Assembly: GCA_963743525.1 (NCBI GenBank)
Contig: CAVUQH010000004.1
Span: 64,001-128,000 of the forward strand
Source of the DNA: an uncultured delta proteobacterium
GTDB taxonomy: Bacteria > Myxococcota_A > Polyangia > Haliangiales > Haliangiaceae
Direction: 5' to 3'
Length of the DNA: 64,000 bases
Part shown: piece after piece, positions 1-12,666 of the stretch
How positions within the stretch are numbered: position 1 is the first letter of the stretch
How the letters are laid out: every line of letters starts with the position of its first letter
The notes under the pieces: model-generated
Told to the model about the DNA's origin: nothing
The model's database searches: none
The model's input: only the letters and a program-made list of their open reading frames with translations
Made by a program: the position numbers and the translations under genes

Positions 1-1452
1 GTCAACTGCTTCGAGTCCGGCGTACTGAGCAAGGTGCCGGTGACCGTGGGTCCCGGGCTGATCATCGAGGCCGATGTCGTCGGCCGCCCGGAGAAACTGG
101 GCTACGTCGAGTTCGGACTGACCATCCAGACCGAGCAGGATCTGGGCGGCTCGCTGGATCCGTGCGGCTCCAGCCAGCACGTGATCCTGTTCGCCTCGAT
201 CCGTCAGGTCTACGACGACGCCGGTTATCGCGCCGTCGCCACCTTCCAGCAGACCGAGGTCGGCGAGTCGGCCCCGGTGACGGACACCGGCGTGCCCCAC
301 CGGCTGGCCATCACCGTCAACGACGACCGCCAGGTCCACTACTCCCTCGACGGTGAAGAGTTCGCCGCCGGCGTGGTTCCGGTCCCGAGCAGCACCGAAG
401 AGGTTCGGCTGGCCGTCACCGGCGTCACCGAGACGGCCACGGTCAACGCGGTGCGCGTACAGGCGGGCCGGCTGTGCCACGACCCGACCGGATGGCAGCT
501 GACCGGGGCCGACGCCGACAGCTCGATGGTGTTCGGAATCGACCCGCAGACCGGGCTCGAGTTCGACGCCGACGAGGTGTTCTCGCCCAGTCTGCGCTTC
601 GACGGCGACCAGACCGAGCTGTACTACACAGGCTGCCCGTGGACGTCCGGTCGCAGCGAATGTGATCCCCTGGCGATCGGCATCGGACGCGCGCACCTGG
701 ACAACGGTCAGTTCGTGCGCGATTCGCCGACGCCGCTGTTCACGGCCGCCGACGTGCCCGGCGGCGAGCTGTCCGGGTTGCGACTCGACATGCAGATCGA
801 TGCCACCGGCGGTGCGGACTTCCGCGGCTACCTCGCGCCCGGATCCGGCGCTCCGGTCTTCGAGGTCGATCACAGTTTCACCCAGATCACCGCGGCGCTG
901 CCGGCCGGCGCGCTCGGCGACTTCGACGAGGCGGACGTCTGCTGCCCGTCAGTGGTCGACCTGCCCGACGGACGCTCGATGATGTTCTACGCGGGCAGCC
1001 GGGTGCGCAACGCGGTCAACAACTGGCAGATCGGCCTGGCGATCTCGGACGACGGCGGCAAGACGTTCACCCGCTACGCTGACAACCCGATCTTCCGGCC
1101 GGGCCCGGCGGGGTCGTTCGACTCCGACGGCGTGTTCGATCCGGTCGTGGTCTACGAGCCGGGGCGCAACCTGTTCCACATGTGGTACGAGGCGCGCGAC
1201 TTCTTCGGCACGGTGACCATCGGCTACGCGGTGTTAACGGACGGCATCAACTGGTCGAGGTTCCCCGGCAACCCGGTCATCGACCCGCGCGATTTCGGGT
1301 TCGAATCCACCGGCGGCCCCGAGGTGGTGCTCAGCCCGGACGGCAAGCTGCGCATGTGGCTCAACGGTCGCACGACGGATGCGCCGCGGCGACAGATCTA
1401 CTCGATGTTCAACAACGGCCGCGATCCCAGCGCGGACATGCCCGCCCCGTAG
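1..1452 (+). CDS. Glycosidase-like protein, 5'-partial: beta-sandwich region plus C-terminal five-bladed beta-propeller (GH32/43/130-like)
   Basis: Frame is open from base 1. C-terminal repeats CCPSVV..MMFYAG..IGLAISDDG..NPIF..FDSDGVFDPVVV..HMWYE..IGYA..DGINW..NPV are typical of five-bladed propeller glycosidases. Confidence 0.6.
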   Translation, partial: VNCFESGVLSKVPVTVGPGLIIEADVVGRPEKLGYVEFGLTIQTEQDLGGSLDPCGSSQHVILFASIRQVYDDAGYRAVATFQQTEVGESAPVTDTGVPHRLAITVNDDRQVHYSLDGEEFAAGVVPVPSSTEEVRLAVTGVTETATVNAVRVQAGRLCHDPTGWQLTGADADSSMVFGIDPQTGLEFDADEVFSPSLRFDGDQTELYYTGCPWTSGRSECDPLAIGIGRAHLDNGQFVRDSPTPLFTAADVPGGELSGLRLDMQIDATGGADFRGYLAPGSGAPVFEVDHSFTQITAALPAGALGDFDEADVCCPSVVDLPDGRSMMFYAGSRVRNAVNNWQIGLAISDDGGKTFTRYADNPIFRPGPAGSFDSDGVFDPVVVYEPGRNLFHMWYEARDFFGTVTIGYAVLTDGINWSRFPGNPVIDPRDFGFESTGGPEVVLSPDGKLRMWLNGRTTDAPRRQIYSMFNNGRDPSADMPAP

Positions 1453-1454
1453 GG

Positions 1455-3032
<1,578 letters not shown>

Positions 3033-3064
3033 GTCTCCACTCGATCCGGCATTATATCCCGAGA

Positions 3065-3343
3065 TCAGTGGCGCAGGAACCAGGCAGTCAGCGCCAGGGC
3101 GGCGCCAAAGGCCGCAATCGCCAGAAACAGCGTCACCAGGCCGCTGCGCATGCCGACCCGAGGCACCCGCTCGGTCCCGTGCGGGATCGGGGAATCCGCG
3201 GACCGGGCTGGGCCCGCCTCCTGGCCCAGGATCTCGGTGGTGGCGCTGTGCAGCCGGCTGCGACGCCGGGTCTCCTCCAGCACCCCGGTGGTCTCCAGAT
3301 CCGTTGGATCGAGTGGCAGGTTTCTCTCGGTATCGTCGGACAT
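3065..3343 (-). CDS. Small protein with a C-terminal transmembrane helix
   Basis: 92 aa, starts 2 nt after the upstream kinase stop; hydrophobic C-terminus LVTLFLAIAAFGAALALTAWF. Confidence 0.65.
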   Translation of the reverse strand: MSDDTERNLPLDPTDLETTGVLEETRRRSRLHSATTEILGQEAGPARSADSPIPHGTERVPRVGMRSGLVTLFLAIAAFGAALALTAWFLRH

Positions 3344-3345
3344 GG

Positions 3346-4821
3346 CTACTGCGGCGTGGAGATCTGCTCCTGCACCGCGCGAGCTCGGTCGCGCAGCTCC
3401 GGGTTGGCGGAACGAGTGGCCTCGTCGAGACGCGGCATGGCCGCGCTGCCGATCTTGTCGACCAGGAGCTGTGCGGCGGCTTCGTGCGAGCTGTCGTCGG
3501 CCAGCGCCTCGACGACGTCTCCGATCAGGCGTTCGTCTGCGCTGAACGCAGGATCCAGGGCGATCGCGAGGTGGTACTCCTTCACTGCGTCGACCCAGCG
3601 CAGCTTCTCGGTGTACAGGTTGCCCAGGGCGTAGCGGACGTCGGCCCGGCGCGGCTGTTGGTTGCTCAGCTCTTCGAGCCCGGCCAGCGCCTTGTTGGAC
3701 TCGCCATCGGCCGCGAGCTTGCGCAGCGCCGCGATGTCGTCGGTACGCGCCACGTCCTCGGCCGGCTCCTCCTGGGTCTCGGGCGCGGCATCGGGCGGCA
3801 CCGCCTTCTTCTTGGCGTGTCGCGGATGCTTCTTGGCCGCGGCGGGTTTCTTCGCGGGGGCGTCGTCGCCGCTGCCCGGGTTGACGGCAAAGGCGACGAC
3901 CACGATGGCCGCCAGCGCCGCAGCCCCCAGACCGATGAGGATGGCGCCGCGGCGGCTGACCCCGCCGTCGCCGGCCTCCGGCGTCTGGTCCAGTGCCACG
4001 CCCAGCTCGGCCATCGACGCGAAGCGAGCGTCTGGATCCTTGGCCAGCGCGCGCAGGACGACAGCCTCGAGCTTGGACGACAGGCGCATGCCCAGCGCCA
4101 GCTGCGACGGCCTCGTCGGCGGCACCTCGCGGTGCATGCGCATCACCTCGAAGACGTCCGGGTCCTGGAACGGCTTTCGCCCGACCAGCAGCTCGTAGAG
4201 GATGATGCCGACGGCGTAGATGTCCGCGCGCTGGTCAACCTTGCGGCCGATGGTCTGCTCCGGCGACATGTAGCCGGGCGTGCCCAGCGCCAGGCCGGTG
4301 GTGACCGACTGCTTGTCGCGCAGCTTGGCCAGACCGAAGTCGAGGATGCGCACCTGCTCGCCCTGGCCCTCGACGTTGGAGACGATGATGTTCTCCGGCT
4401 TGATGTCCCGGTGGATGATCCCCTGGCCGTGGGCGTGGGACAGACCGGCGACCAGCTGCCTGACGATGCGCACCGCCCGCCGCGGGTCGAGCCGGACGTC
4501 GTCGCGGAGGATCTGCCGCAGGGTCCGTCCGGTGACGAAATCCATCACCAGGTAGGGCGACCCCTCGGCGACTCCGAAGTCGATCACGCCGACGCAGTTG
4601 GGGTGCGACAGCCGGCTCATCGCCTTGGCCTCGACCTCGAACCGACGCCGACCGTCGTCCGTGGCGGCGAACGATTCGTTGAGGATCTTCACCGCGACGG
4701 GGCGGCCCAAACCGAGACGCTCGCCGCGGTAGACAATCCCCATCGTGCCCGCGGTGACGTGCTCCAAGAGCCGATAGCGGTCGTGGAGTACCATTCCCAC
4801 ACGGGGGTCCGCGGCCACCAT
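3346..4821 (-). CDS. Membrane Ser/Thr protein kinase with extracytoplasmic TPR/HEAT-like region
   Basis: VAVKIL, HRDIKPEN, DFG, GTPGYMSPE; TM helix; TPR-like ADVRYALGNLY..AVKEYHLAIALDP. Confidence 0.92.
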   Translation of the reverse strand: MVAADPRVGMVLHDRYRLLEHVTAGTMGIVYRGERLGLGRPVAVKILNESFAATDDGRRRFEVEAKAMSRLSHPNCVGVIDFGVAEGSPYLVMDFVTGRTLRQILRDDVRLDPRRAVRIVRQLVAGLSHAHGQGIIHRDIKPENIIVSNVEGQGEQVRILDFGLAKLRDKQSVTTGLALGTPGYMSPEQTIGRKVDQRADIYAVGIILYELLVGRKPFQDPDVFEVMRMHREVPPTRPSQLALGMRLSSKLEAVVLRALAKDPDARFASMAELGVALDQTPEAGDGGVSRRGAILIGLGAAALAAIVVVAFAVNPGSGDDAPAKKPAAAKKHPRHAKKKAVPPDAAPETQEEPAEDVARTDDIAALRKLAADGESNKALAGLEELSNQQPRRADVRYALGNLYTEKLRWVDAVKEYHLAIALDPAFSADERLIGDVVEALADDSSHEAAAQLLVDKIGSAAMPRLDEATRSANPELRDRARAVQEQISTPQ

Positions 4822-4871
4822 GGCCCAAGCGTACCAGAGCCTCCAAAAAATCGTATAATCACGCGCAGCTA

Positions 4872-6737
<1,866 letters not shown>

Positions 6738-6824
6738 GACGGTTGGCCCCACGAACTGGCTCGTTGGAGTTCCTGGCCAGTCGACTAGCCGCCGGCAACC
6801 CATTGAAATCATGCATTGACGCAG

Positions 6825-6840
6825 TGGCACAATCGGTGCA
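6825..6840 (+). promoter_or_regulatory. Sigma54 (-24/-12) promoter candidate
   Basis: TGGCACAATCGGTGCA has GG-N10-GC spacing and lies 12 nt before the ATG at 6853. Confidence 0.6.
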
Positions 6841-6852
6841 CTAAGGTTCGCC

Positions 6853-7869
6853 ATGCGAGCCTTGGTTCCCGGTTTGGTGGTGACGTCGGTGTTGGTGGCG
6901 GCGAACGCGCCCGCGTACGCGCTCAAGCAGAGTGCGCACCAGTCGATCAGTCGTCAGGCGTGCGACGACGCCGGGCTGCCGGCGGAGTTCTGCGAGCGCC
7001 TCGGCATCGCCGCCTACGACGTCGATCGGTACGAGTGGGATACCCCGGCGGCGCACGCGCAGATGGAGCCGGGCCAGAGCGTCTGCGACGGCGCCAACGC
7101 GACCCTCACCCGGGTGCGCGACCTCGGCATCAGCGTGCGCAACGACCTCGCCCTGGTGGCGACGGCGCCGTCGGCCGACCGCGCCGAGCAGGTGGCCATC
7201 GAGCTGGGACGCGCCCTGCACACGGTGCAGGACAACTGCGCCCACCGCGGCATGCCCAACCCGGAGCACGCCTGGGACTCGATCAGCGACACCTGCACCG
7301 GCACCAAGCTCAGCCCCGACACCCGGCCGGACGCTTTCTCGTGCGCCCGGGACGAGACCGAGATCATCATGGACTCGTTCGTCGCGGCGATGGACGAGGC
7401 CGGGGTCCACAACGGCGACCTGTCCAAGGTCAACGAGGGCTTCACCCACTGGCCCACGCACGGCGACGTCTGCGACTTCCTGGCCAGCGCCACCGAGTGG
7501 GACGGCCAGGACCGCGGGTGGAACAACGAGATCATGTCGCCGGCGCTGCGCGACCAGCTGACCGGCGCGTTCGCCTCGGCGGAACCGCCCGCCATCGACG
7601 CCTGCGCCGACGGTGCCAGTGCGCTCGAGGCGGCTCCGGCGAAGCCGGTCGATATCGCCACAGGCGTGCCCAGCTGCCCCGGCATCCACCTCTACTGCTT
7701 CGGCAAGGCGGATGGGGCCGACGAGCCGCCGCCGTGGGACGACGGCAGCACCGGCGAGGACGACCTGCAGCCGGCCGGCTGCGCCGCGGGCAGCGGCAGC
7801 GGTGCCGGCGCTGCCGCCCTGATGCTGCTCCTGGTCGGGCTGGCGGCGACCCGCCGGCGCCGCGCCTAG
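6853..7869 (+). CDS. Secreted MYXO-CTERM protein with zinc phospholipase C / P1 nuclease / HET-C-like motif
   Basis: Signal peptide ending AYA; His near the mature N-terminus; LGRALHTVQDNCAH; tail GCAAG..ALMLLLVGLAATRRRRA. Confidence 0.7.
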   Translation: MRALVPGLVVTSVLVAANAPAYALKQSAHQSISRQACDDAGLPAEFCERLGIAAYDVDRYEWDTPAAHAQMEPGQSVCDGANATLTRVRDLGISVRNDLALVATAPSADRAEQVAIELGRALHTVQDNCAHRGMPNPEHAWDSISDTCTGTKLSPDTRPDAFSCARDETEIIMDSFVAAMDEAGVHNGDLSKVNEGFTHWPTHGDVCDFLASATEWDGQDRGWNNEIMSPALRDQLTGAFASAEPPAIDACADGASALEAAPAKPVDIATGVPSCPGIHLYCFGKADGADEPPPWDDGSTGEDDLQPAGCAAGSGSGAGAAALMLLLVGLAATRRRRA

Positions 7870-8360
7870 AAGTTGTTCGGGTCGGGGTGCGCGATCAGCA
7901 TCCGCTCGTCGTGCACCTGGGTCCCATCGACCGCAGTGACGTTGACCGTGAAGCGAATCTGCATGCCGTCGAGCTGGGTGTCGGAGGTGACGTCGAGGAT
8001 CACCGCGCGGCCGACCATTTCGAACCTGCCGTCGCCGACGGGGTCCAGCCCCTGGACATAGTGAGCGGCGTCGGCGTCAACCTGCTGGCCGCCGGCGTAG
8101 ACGTGGAACACCGTGGTCGGATTGGACGGGTCGGACAGGTCGTCGGCGTTGCCGGCGTCGATGTTGGCCACCCGCACCGCGCCCCAGATGTGGAACCCGC
8201 CCTGCGGGCCGAGGACGACGTAGCCGGTGTCGCCGTCGGCCAGCGGCTGGAACTCCACCGCGCCAGTGCCGATGGTCGCCTGCGGCGGTCCCGCGCTGCC
8301 GGCGTCGCTCGCGCATGCGCCCAGCGCGAGCGCCGGTAGCAGTGCAGCCAGCAGTCTCAC
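7866..8360 (-). CDS. Hypothetical lipoprotein
   Basis: GTG at 8360 overlaps the upstream TGA (GTGA); lipobox LALGAC; YVVLGPQGGFHIW motif. Confidence 0.75.
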   Translation of the reverse strand: MRLLAALLPALALGACASDAGSAGPPQATIGTGAVEFQPLADGDTGYVVLGPQGGFHIWGAVRVANIDAGNADDLSDPSNPTTVFHVYAGGQQVDADAAHYVQGLDPVGDGRFEMVGRAVILDVTSDTQLDGMQIRFTVNVTAVDGTQVHDERMLIAHPDPNNF

Positions 8361-9580
8361 AGGCACAGACAGGTGCACGAATCGTTGCGCCGGGCGCAGC
8401 TCTCGCCGCTTCGCGCCTCCATTACCTGGCTCCAGCTGCCCGCGACTAGATCGTAGCGCCAGGTGTCGTCGAGATGGTCGCTGCAGTCGGATATGCCGCC
8501 GAACAGCCACAGCGAATCGCCGACCACCGCGAACATGCCACCCGACCGGCGCTCGGGCGCGCTCAGGTCCTGGTCAACGTAGTCGGCGGGAATTTCGGCG
8601 GCGTTGCCGCCGCAGCCCAGAGCCCCGCCGGTGAAGGTGTCGCCGGTGGCCAGCTGGCTCCAGCTGCCCGCAGTCGGATCGAACGCCCACAGATCGTTGG
8701 CCACCCCGGGGTCGGCGTGGCCGCCGAACAGCAAGTAGCGGTCGCGCGCGGCGTCGTAGCTCATCATCGCCGAGAAACGTCCCGACGGCGCCGTGCCGGT
8801 GCCATCGTGCAGCTCCGACCAGGTCATCGTCGACAGGTCCAGCGCGTACAGATCATTGAGCCCCGGCGACACGAAGTCGCCGACCTGACCGCCGAAGACG
8901 ATCAGCCGGTTGCGCTGCGAATCGTAGGCGTAGGCCATGTACAGCCGCGCCGGCGACGGCGCGGTGCCGGTGGGCGACTCCTGTTGCCACGAGCCGCCGC
9001 CATAGCTCCACACCTCTTGCGACGGGTTGATGGTCAACGCCGACGGATTGGTGTCGCCGCCGTAGACGAACAGCCGGCCCGCGTCCGAATCGTAGGCGCT
9101 GACCGCGTAGTAGCGCGGCGACGGCGCACCAGTGGTGCCCGGATCGACCTCGCTCCAGCTGCTGTTGGCGCTGTCGAACGCCCACAGATCACTGTACAGA
9201 GTGTAGTTGCCGCTGGTGCCGGCCTGCCGCCAGCGCCCGCCGAAGATCAATACCCGTCCTGCCGGATCGTTGCTGACCGCGTAGCGGCCGCGCGCGCTGG
9301 GCGCCGGGCTGCCGCTGACATCGGTCCAGCCCTGATCGGGCTGGAAGAGCCAGGTGTCGCCGAGGTATTCCGCCTTGGGAATCTGGTCGACGATCGGTCC
9401 GTCGTTGCCGCCGAAAACCATGATCGACCCGGTGGACGGATCGCCGACGGCGGCGATGTCGCTCCGCTTGCCCGGGCGCATGTCATTGGAGATGCCGGCG
9501 TCCGGGGTGGGAGGTGTAGACGAGCCACCGCCACCGCAACCGACGACGACGAGGAACAGAATCGCGACGCGGCGAACCAT
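8357..9580 (-). CDS. Kelch-repeat beta-propeller lipoprotein
   Basis: MVRRVAILFLVVVGC lipobox; repeated FGG..DxWxF and PS.R motifs. The real start is at 9580, inside the longer ORF. Confidence 0.88.
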   Translation of the reverse strand: MVRRVAILFLVVVGCGGGGSSTPPTPDAGISNDMRPGKRSDIAAVGDPSTGSIMVFGGNDGPIVDQIPKAEYLGDTWLFQPDQGWTDVSGSPAPSARGRYAVSNDPAGRVLIFGGRWRQAGTSGNYTLYSDLWAFDSANSSWSEVDPGTTGAPSPRYYAVSAYDSDAGRLFVYGGDTNPSALTINPSQEVWSYGGGSWQQESPTGTAPSPARLYMAYAYDSQRNRLIVFGGQVGDFVSPGLNDLYALDLSTMTWSELHDGTGTAPSGRFSAMMSYDAARDRYLLFGGHADPGVANDLWAFDPTAGSWSQLATGDTFTGGALGCGGNAAEIPADYVDQDLSAPERRSGGMFAVVGDSLWLFGGISDCSDHLDDTWRYDLVAGSWSQVMEARSGESCARRNDSCTCLCL

Positions 9581-9658
9581 CGCGGGAGTATGCCAGTGTC
9601 CCGAGTCAGGGTCACCTGGGGCGTGCCGCCGCCAGTCATTCGTGAGATCCTGCACACC

Positions 9659-11005
9659 ATGAGCACCACCGCGAGGATCACGAACCTGCCGCCGCTGGAG
9701 TCGTCCGAAGAGGTCGAGACGATCCCATGGTTCGACGGTGCGCTCGAGATCGACGACGCGGCGCCACCGCCGGCGCCGCCACCGATTCCGGCGGCGAGCG
9801 GCCCGGCGCGGGCCGGCAGCCAACTGCGCGACGAGGGCGAGATCGGGCGCGGTGGAATGGGAACGATCCGCCGGTTGTACGACCCCGAGCTTCGCCGCCG
9901 CGTGGCGATGAAGGTGCTCGCTCCCTCGCCCGACCCGGTGGCCGAGCGGCGCTTCATCGAGGAGGCACGCATCACCGGTCTGCTCGACCATCCCAACGTC
10001 GTGCCCATCCACGACCTGGTCGTCGACAACCAGGGAGTCGTGAGTTACACGATGAAGCTGGTCAAGGGCGAGACGCTCACCGAGCTCATCGCACGGCAGA
10101 AGTCCGTACGCGACCTCGAACACATCCTCGAGTGCGTCATCAAGGTTTGCGAGGCGCTGTCGTTTGCCCACGGCCACGGCGTGATCCACCGAGACCTCAA
10201 GCCGGACAACATCATGGTCGGCAGCCACGGCCAGGTCTACGTGATGGACTGGGGCTGCGCCCAGGTGTTCGGCGAGGACCGATCGATCGTCGACGGACGC
10301 CAGGACGACGACGGTCTGGTCATCGGCACGGTCGCCTACATGGCTCCCGAACAGGCCAATGGTCACGTCAGCAAGCTGGACGGCCGGACCGACGTCTTCG
10401 GCGTCGGCGCAATCTTGTACAAGACCCTAACCGGCAAACCGCCCTACCCCGGCGAGACGATGACCGCTCTCTTCCGCGCCCAGCAAGGCGACGTCGTGCC
10501 GCTCGACGCCGACAGCGGCAACCCGATCAAGCCGCCGCCGCACCTCAGCCAGATCACGATGAAGGCGATGGCCGTGGATCCGGCGGACCGCTTTCAAACC
10601 ACCGACGAGCTCGCCGATCAGTTGCGTGCGTTTCTCAAGGGCGGCAACTGGTTCCCACTGCACACCTTTCCCGACGGGGCGCCGATCGTGCAGGAAGGCG
10701 AACCTGCCGACGCCGCCTACATCATCACCAGGGGCGCGTGCGAGGTGCGCAAGAGCGATCCGGCAGATCCCAGCCGCACGCTGTTGCTCCGGACCCTCGG
10801 CGAAGGCGAGGTGTTCGGCGAGACGGCCATCTTCGCCGACGCCCCCCGCTCGGCGAGCGTCATCGCCGTCGGCGAGGTCAGAGCGGTCGTCGTCGACCGC
10901 GCCTCGATCGAGCGGCTCACCAAGAGCTCGTGGCTGGGCATGTTCGTCAAATCGCTCGCCGATCGCTTCCTCGACATCGACGCGCAGCTGGCCAAGACTC
11001 GCTAG
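9659..11005 (+). CDS. Cytoplasmic Ser/Thr kinase with C-terminal cyclic-nucleotide-binding (cNMP) domain
   Basis: IGRGGMG, VAMKVL, HRDLKPDN, DWG, YMAPE; cNMP domain IVQEGEPADAAYIITRG..GEVFGETAIFADAPRSASV. Start chosen at ATG 9659. Confidence 0.92.
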   Translation: MSTTARITNLPPLESSEEVETIPWFDGALEIDDAAPPPAPPPIPAASGPARAGSQLRDEGEIGRGGMGTIRRLYDPELRRRVAMKVLAPSPDPVAERRFIEEARITGLLDHPNVVPIHDLVVDNQGVVSYTMKLVKGETLTELIARQKSVRDLEHILECVIKVCEALSFAHGHGVIHRDLKPDNIMVGSHGQVYVMDWGCAQVFGEDRSIVDGRQDDDGLVIGTVAYMAPEQANGHVSKLDGRTDVFGVGAILYKTLTGKPPYPGETMTALFRAQQGDVVPLDADSGNPIKPPPHLSQITMKAMAVDPADRFQTTDELADQLRAFLKGGNWFPLHTFPDGAPIVQEGEPADAAYIITRGACEVRKSDPADPSRTLLLRTLGEGEVFGETAIFADAPRSASVIAVGEVRAVVVDRASIERLTKSSWLGMFVKSLADRFLDIDAQLAKTR

Positions 11006-11039
11006 CGGGGCCGGCACGTGCCGGTGATACAATCGCCGG

Positions 11040-12023
11040 GTGAACACGACGTTTCCCGCCGACTCGCCGCTGTCCATCTTCTCCGAGGACGAAGTCCGCG
11101 CCATCTTCGATGCCGGGTCAACCCGGTCCCTCGCTGCCGGCGATGTGATCGTTACCGAAGGCGAGGCCGGCGACTCGATGTTCTTCCTGCTCGAGGGCAA
11201 CGCCGAGGCACAGCTGGCAAGCGGCCTGGTCGTTCGCCACTACGAGGCCGGCAGCTACTTCGGAGAGCTGTCGTGGATCAATCCCGGCCACCTGCGCAGC
11301 GCGACCATCCTGGCATCTACGGCCGTCCGTCTGCAGGAGCTCGATCAATCCAGCATCGCGACGCTCATCAGCGGTCACCCCAACGTGATCTTTACCCTGC
11401 TGCGGCGAACCTGCGCCTTCCTGGTCGACGCCGAGCGCAACCTGATCTCGGATCTGCGCCGCCGCAACTCGGAGCTGCAAGAGACCATCAAGAAGCTCGA
11501 CTTCACCCGCAATCGCCTGAGCGAGGAGGAGGAAGCGGCGCGCCGCGATGCGCTGACCGGGCTGTACAACCGCCGCTGCTTCGACGACGAGCTGCCGATG
11601 TTCATCGAGCGCGCGCAGGCCATCGGCTGCGGGCTGGCCGTGGTGTCGATGGACCTGGATCACTTCAAGCCGGTCAACGACACCCTCGGCCACGCCGCCG
11701 GTGACGCCGTGCTCCGGGGCGTGGGCAAGGTGCTGCGCGAGAACCTGCGCAAGACCGACCTGCCGTGCCGAATCGGCGGCGACGAGTTCATCTTCCTCCT
11801 GTCCGACGTCACCGAGGAAGACGCGCGCAAGCGCGCGGAAGACGTCCGCAACGCGGTCGGCACGATGCCGCATCCGGGCAATGACCAGGGGATTCGCTGC
11901 ACCGGAACGCTCGGCGGGACGCTCTACCGCGCCGGCGAGACTCCGGCCGAGTTCATGCACCGCGCCGACGAAGCGCTGTACGCGGCCAAGCGCGCCGGTC
12001 GCAACCAGGTCGGCTGGGACTAG
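11040..12023 (+). CDS. cNMP-domain diguanylate cyclase
   Basis: cNMP domain EGEAGDSMFFLLEG..YFGELS..RSAT; coiled coil; DALTGLYNRR, DLDHFKPVNDTLGH, RKTD I-site, intact GGDEF. Confidence 0.93.
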   Translation: MNTTFPADSPLSIFSEDEVRAIFDAGSTRSLAAGDVIVTEGEAGDSMFFLLEGNAEAQLASGLVVRHYEAGSYFGELSWINPGHLRSATILASTAVRLQELDQSSIATLISGHPNVIFTLLRRTCAFLVDAERNLISDLRRRNSELQETIKKLDFTRNRLSEEEEAARRDALTGLYNRRCFDDELPMFIERAQAIGCGLAVVSMDLDHFKPVNDTLGHAAGDAVLRGVGKVLRENLRKTDLPCRIGGDEFIFLLSDVTEEDARKRAEDVRNAVGTMPHPGNDQGIRCTGTLGGTLYRAGETPAEFMHRADEALYAAKRAGRNQVGWD

Positions 12024-12040
12024 CGAGCGCTGAGCGATCG

Positions 12041-12535
12041 CTACTCGTCGACCGAGACGATGAAGGTCGTGCCGCGAACGCCCAGCACCGTGCGCGGCGT
12101 CTTGATCCGCACCGAGCCGGGATTCTGTTTGGTCAGCTGACCGGTGCGCACCATCATCGTGCCCTTCTTGATCCGCGCCAGCATGTTGCCCTTGAGCTTC
12201 TTGGGATCGAAGAAGTAGGTGTCGATGGCAATGCGGCTGTTGGGCCCGATGGCAAACGCTGTCTTGTCGGTGAAGGTGATCGCCAGCTTGCCCTGTGGTC
12301 CGGTCTCGAACAGGTCGTGCTCGAGAACCGCGTCGCCACCCTTGACCGGCACCTTGTCCTTACCGCGAACGACGGTGACTGTTCCGCTCACGGTCACCGC
12401 CTTGCCGATGGTCTTGGCCGCCGCTGGCGCGGCCGGCTGCGCCGACGCCGGCCCCGCCAAACAGACGACGACCAGCGCTGCCAGCGTCGAGCCAAAGGTT
12501 CGGGTTCGGTTCCAGTGCTCGCGGCTCGGCATCAT
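12041..12535 (-). CDS. Secreted FecR-domain protein
   Basis: Signal peptide ending [50 protein letters not shown] is the FecR pattern. Start uncertain. Confidence 0.85.
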   Translation of the reverse strand: MMPSREHWNRTRTFGSTLAALVVVCLAGPASAQPAAPAAAKTIGKAVTVSGTVTVVRGKDKVPVKGGDAVLEHDLFETGPQGKLAITFTDKTAFAIGPNSRIAIDTYFFDPKKLKGNMLARIKKGTMMVRTGQLTKQNPGSVRIKTPRTVLGVRGTTFIVSVDE

Positions 12536-12666
12536 CAACTGCTCGACACTACCACGCTGCCGATCGGCGCCGCAATCGCGGCTCCGGGTCGGACAGTGTC
12601 CTCTCATGTGCGACGACTGGTTTCTCGGACGGGTCACTTGTCACCGTAACTCGCGGGCGCGTACGG

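Noticed and set aside
8474..9658. N-terminal extensions of the kinase-cNMP ORF and of the kelch ORF
   Set aside because: Each is the antisense shadow of the other divergent gene; the lipobox and promoter spacing define shorter starts.
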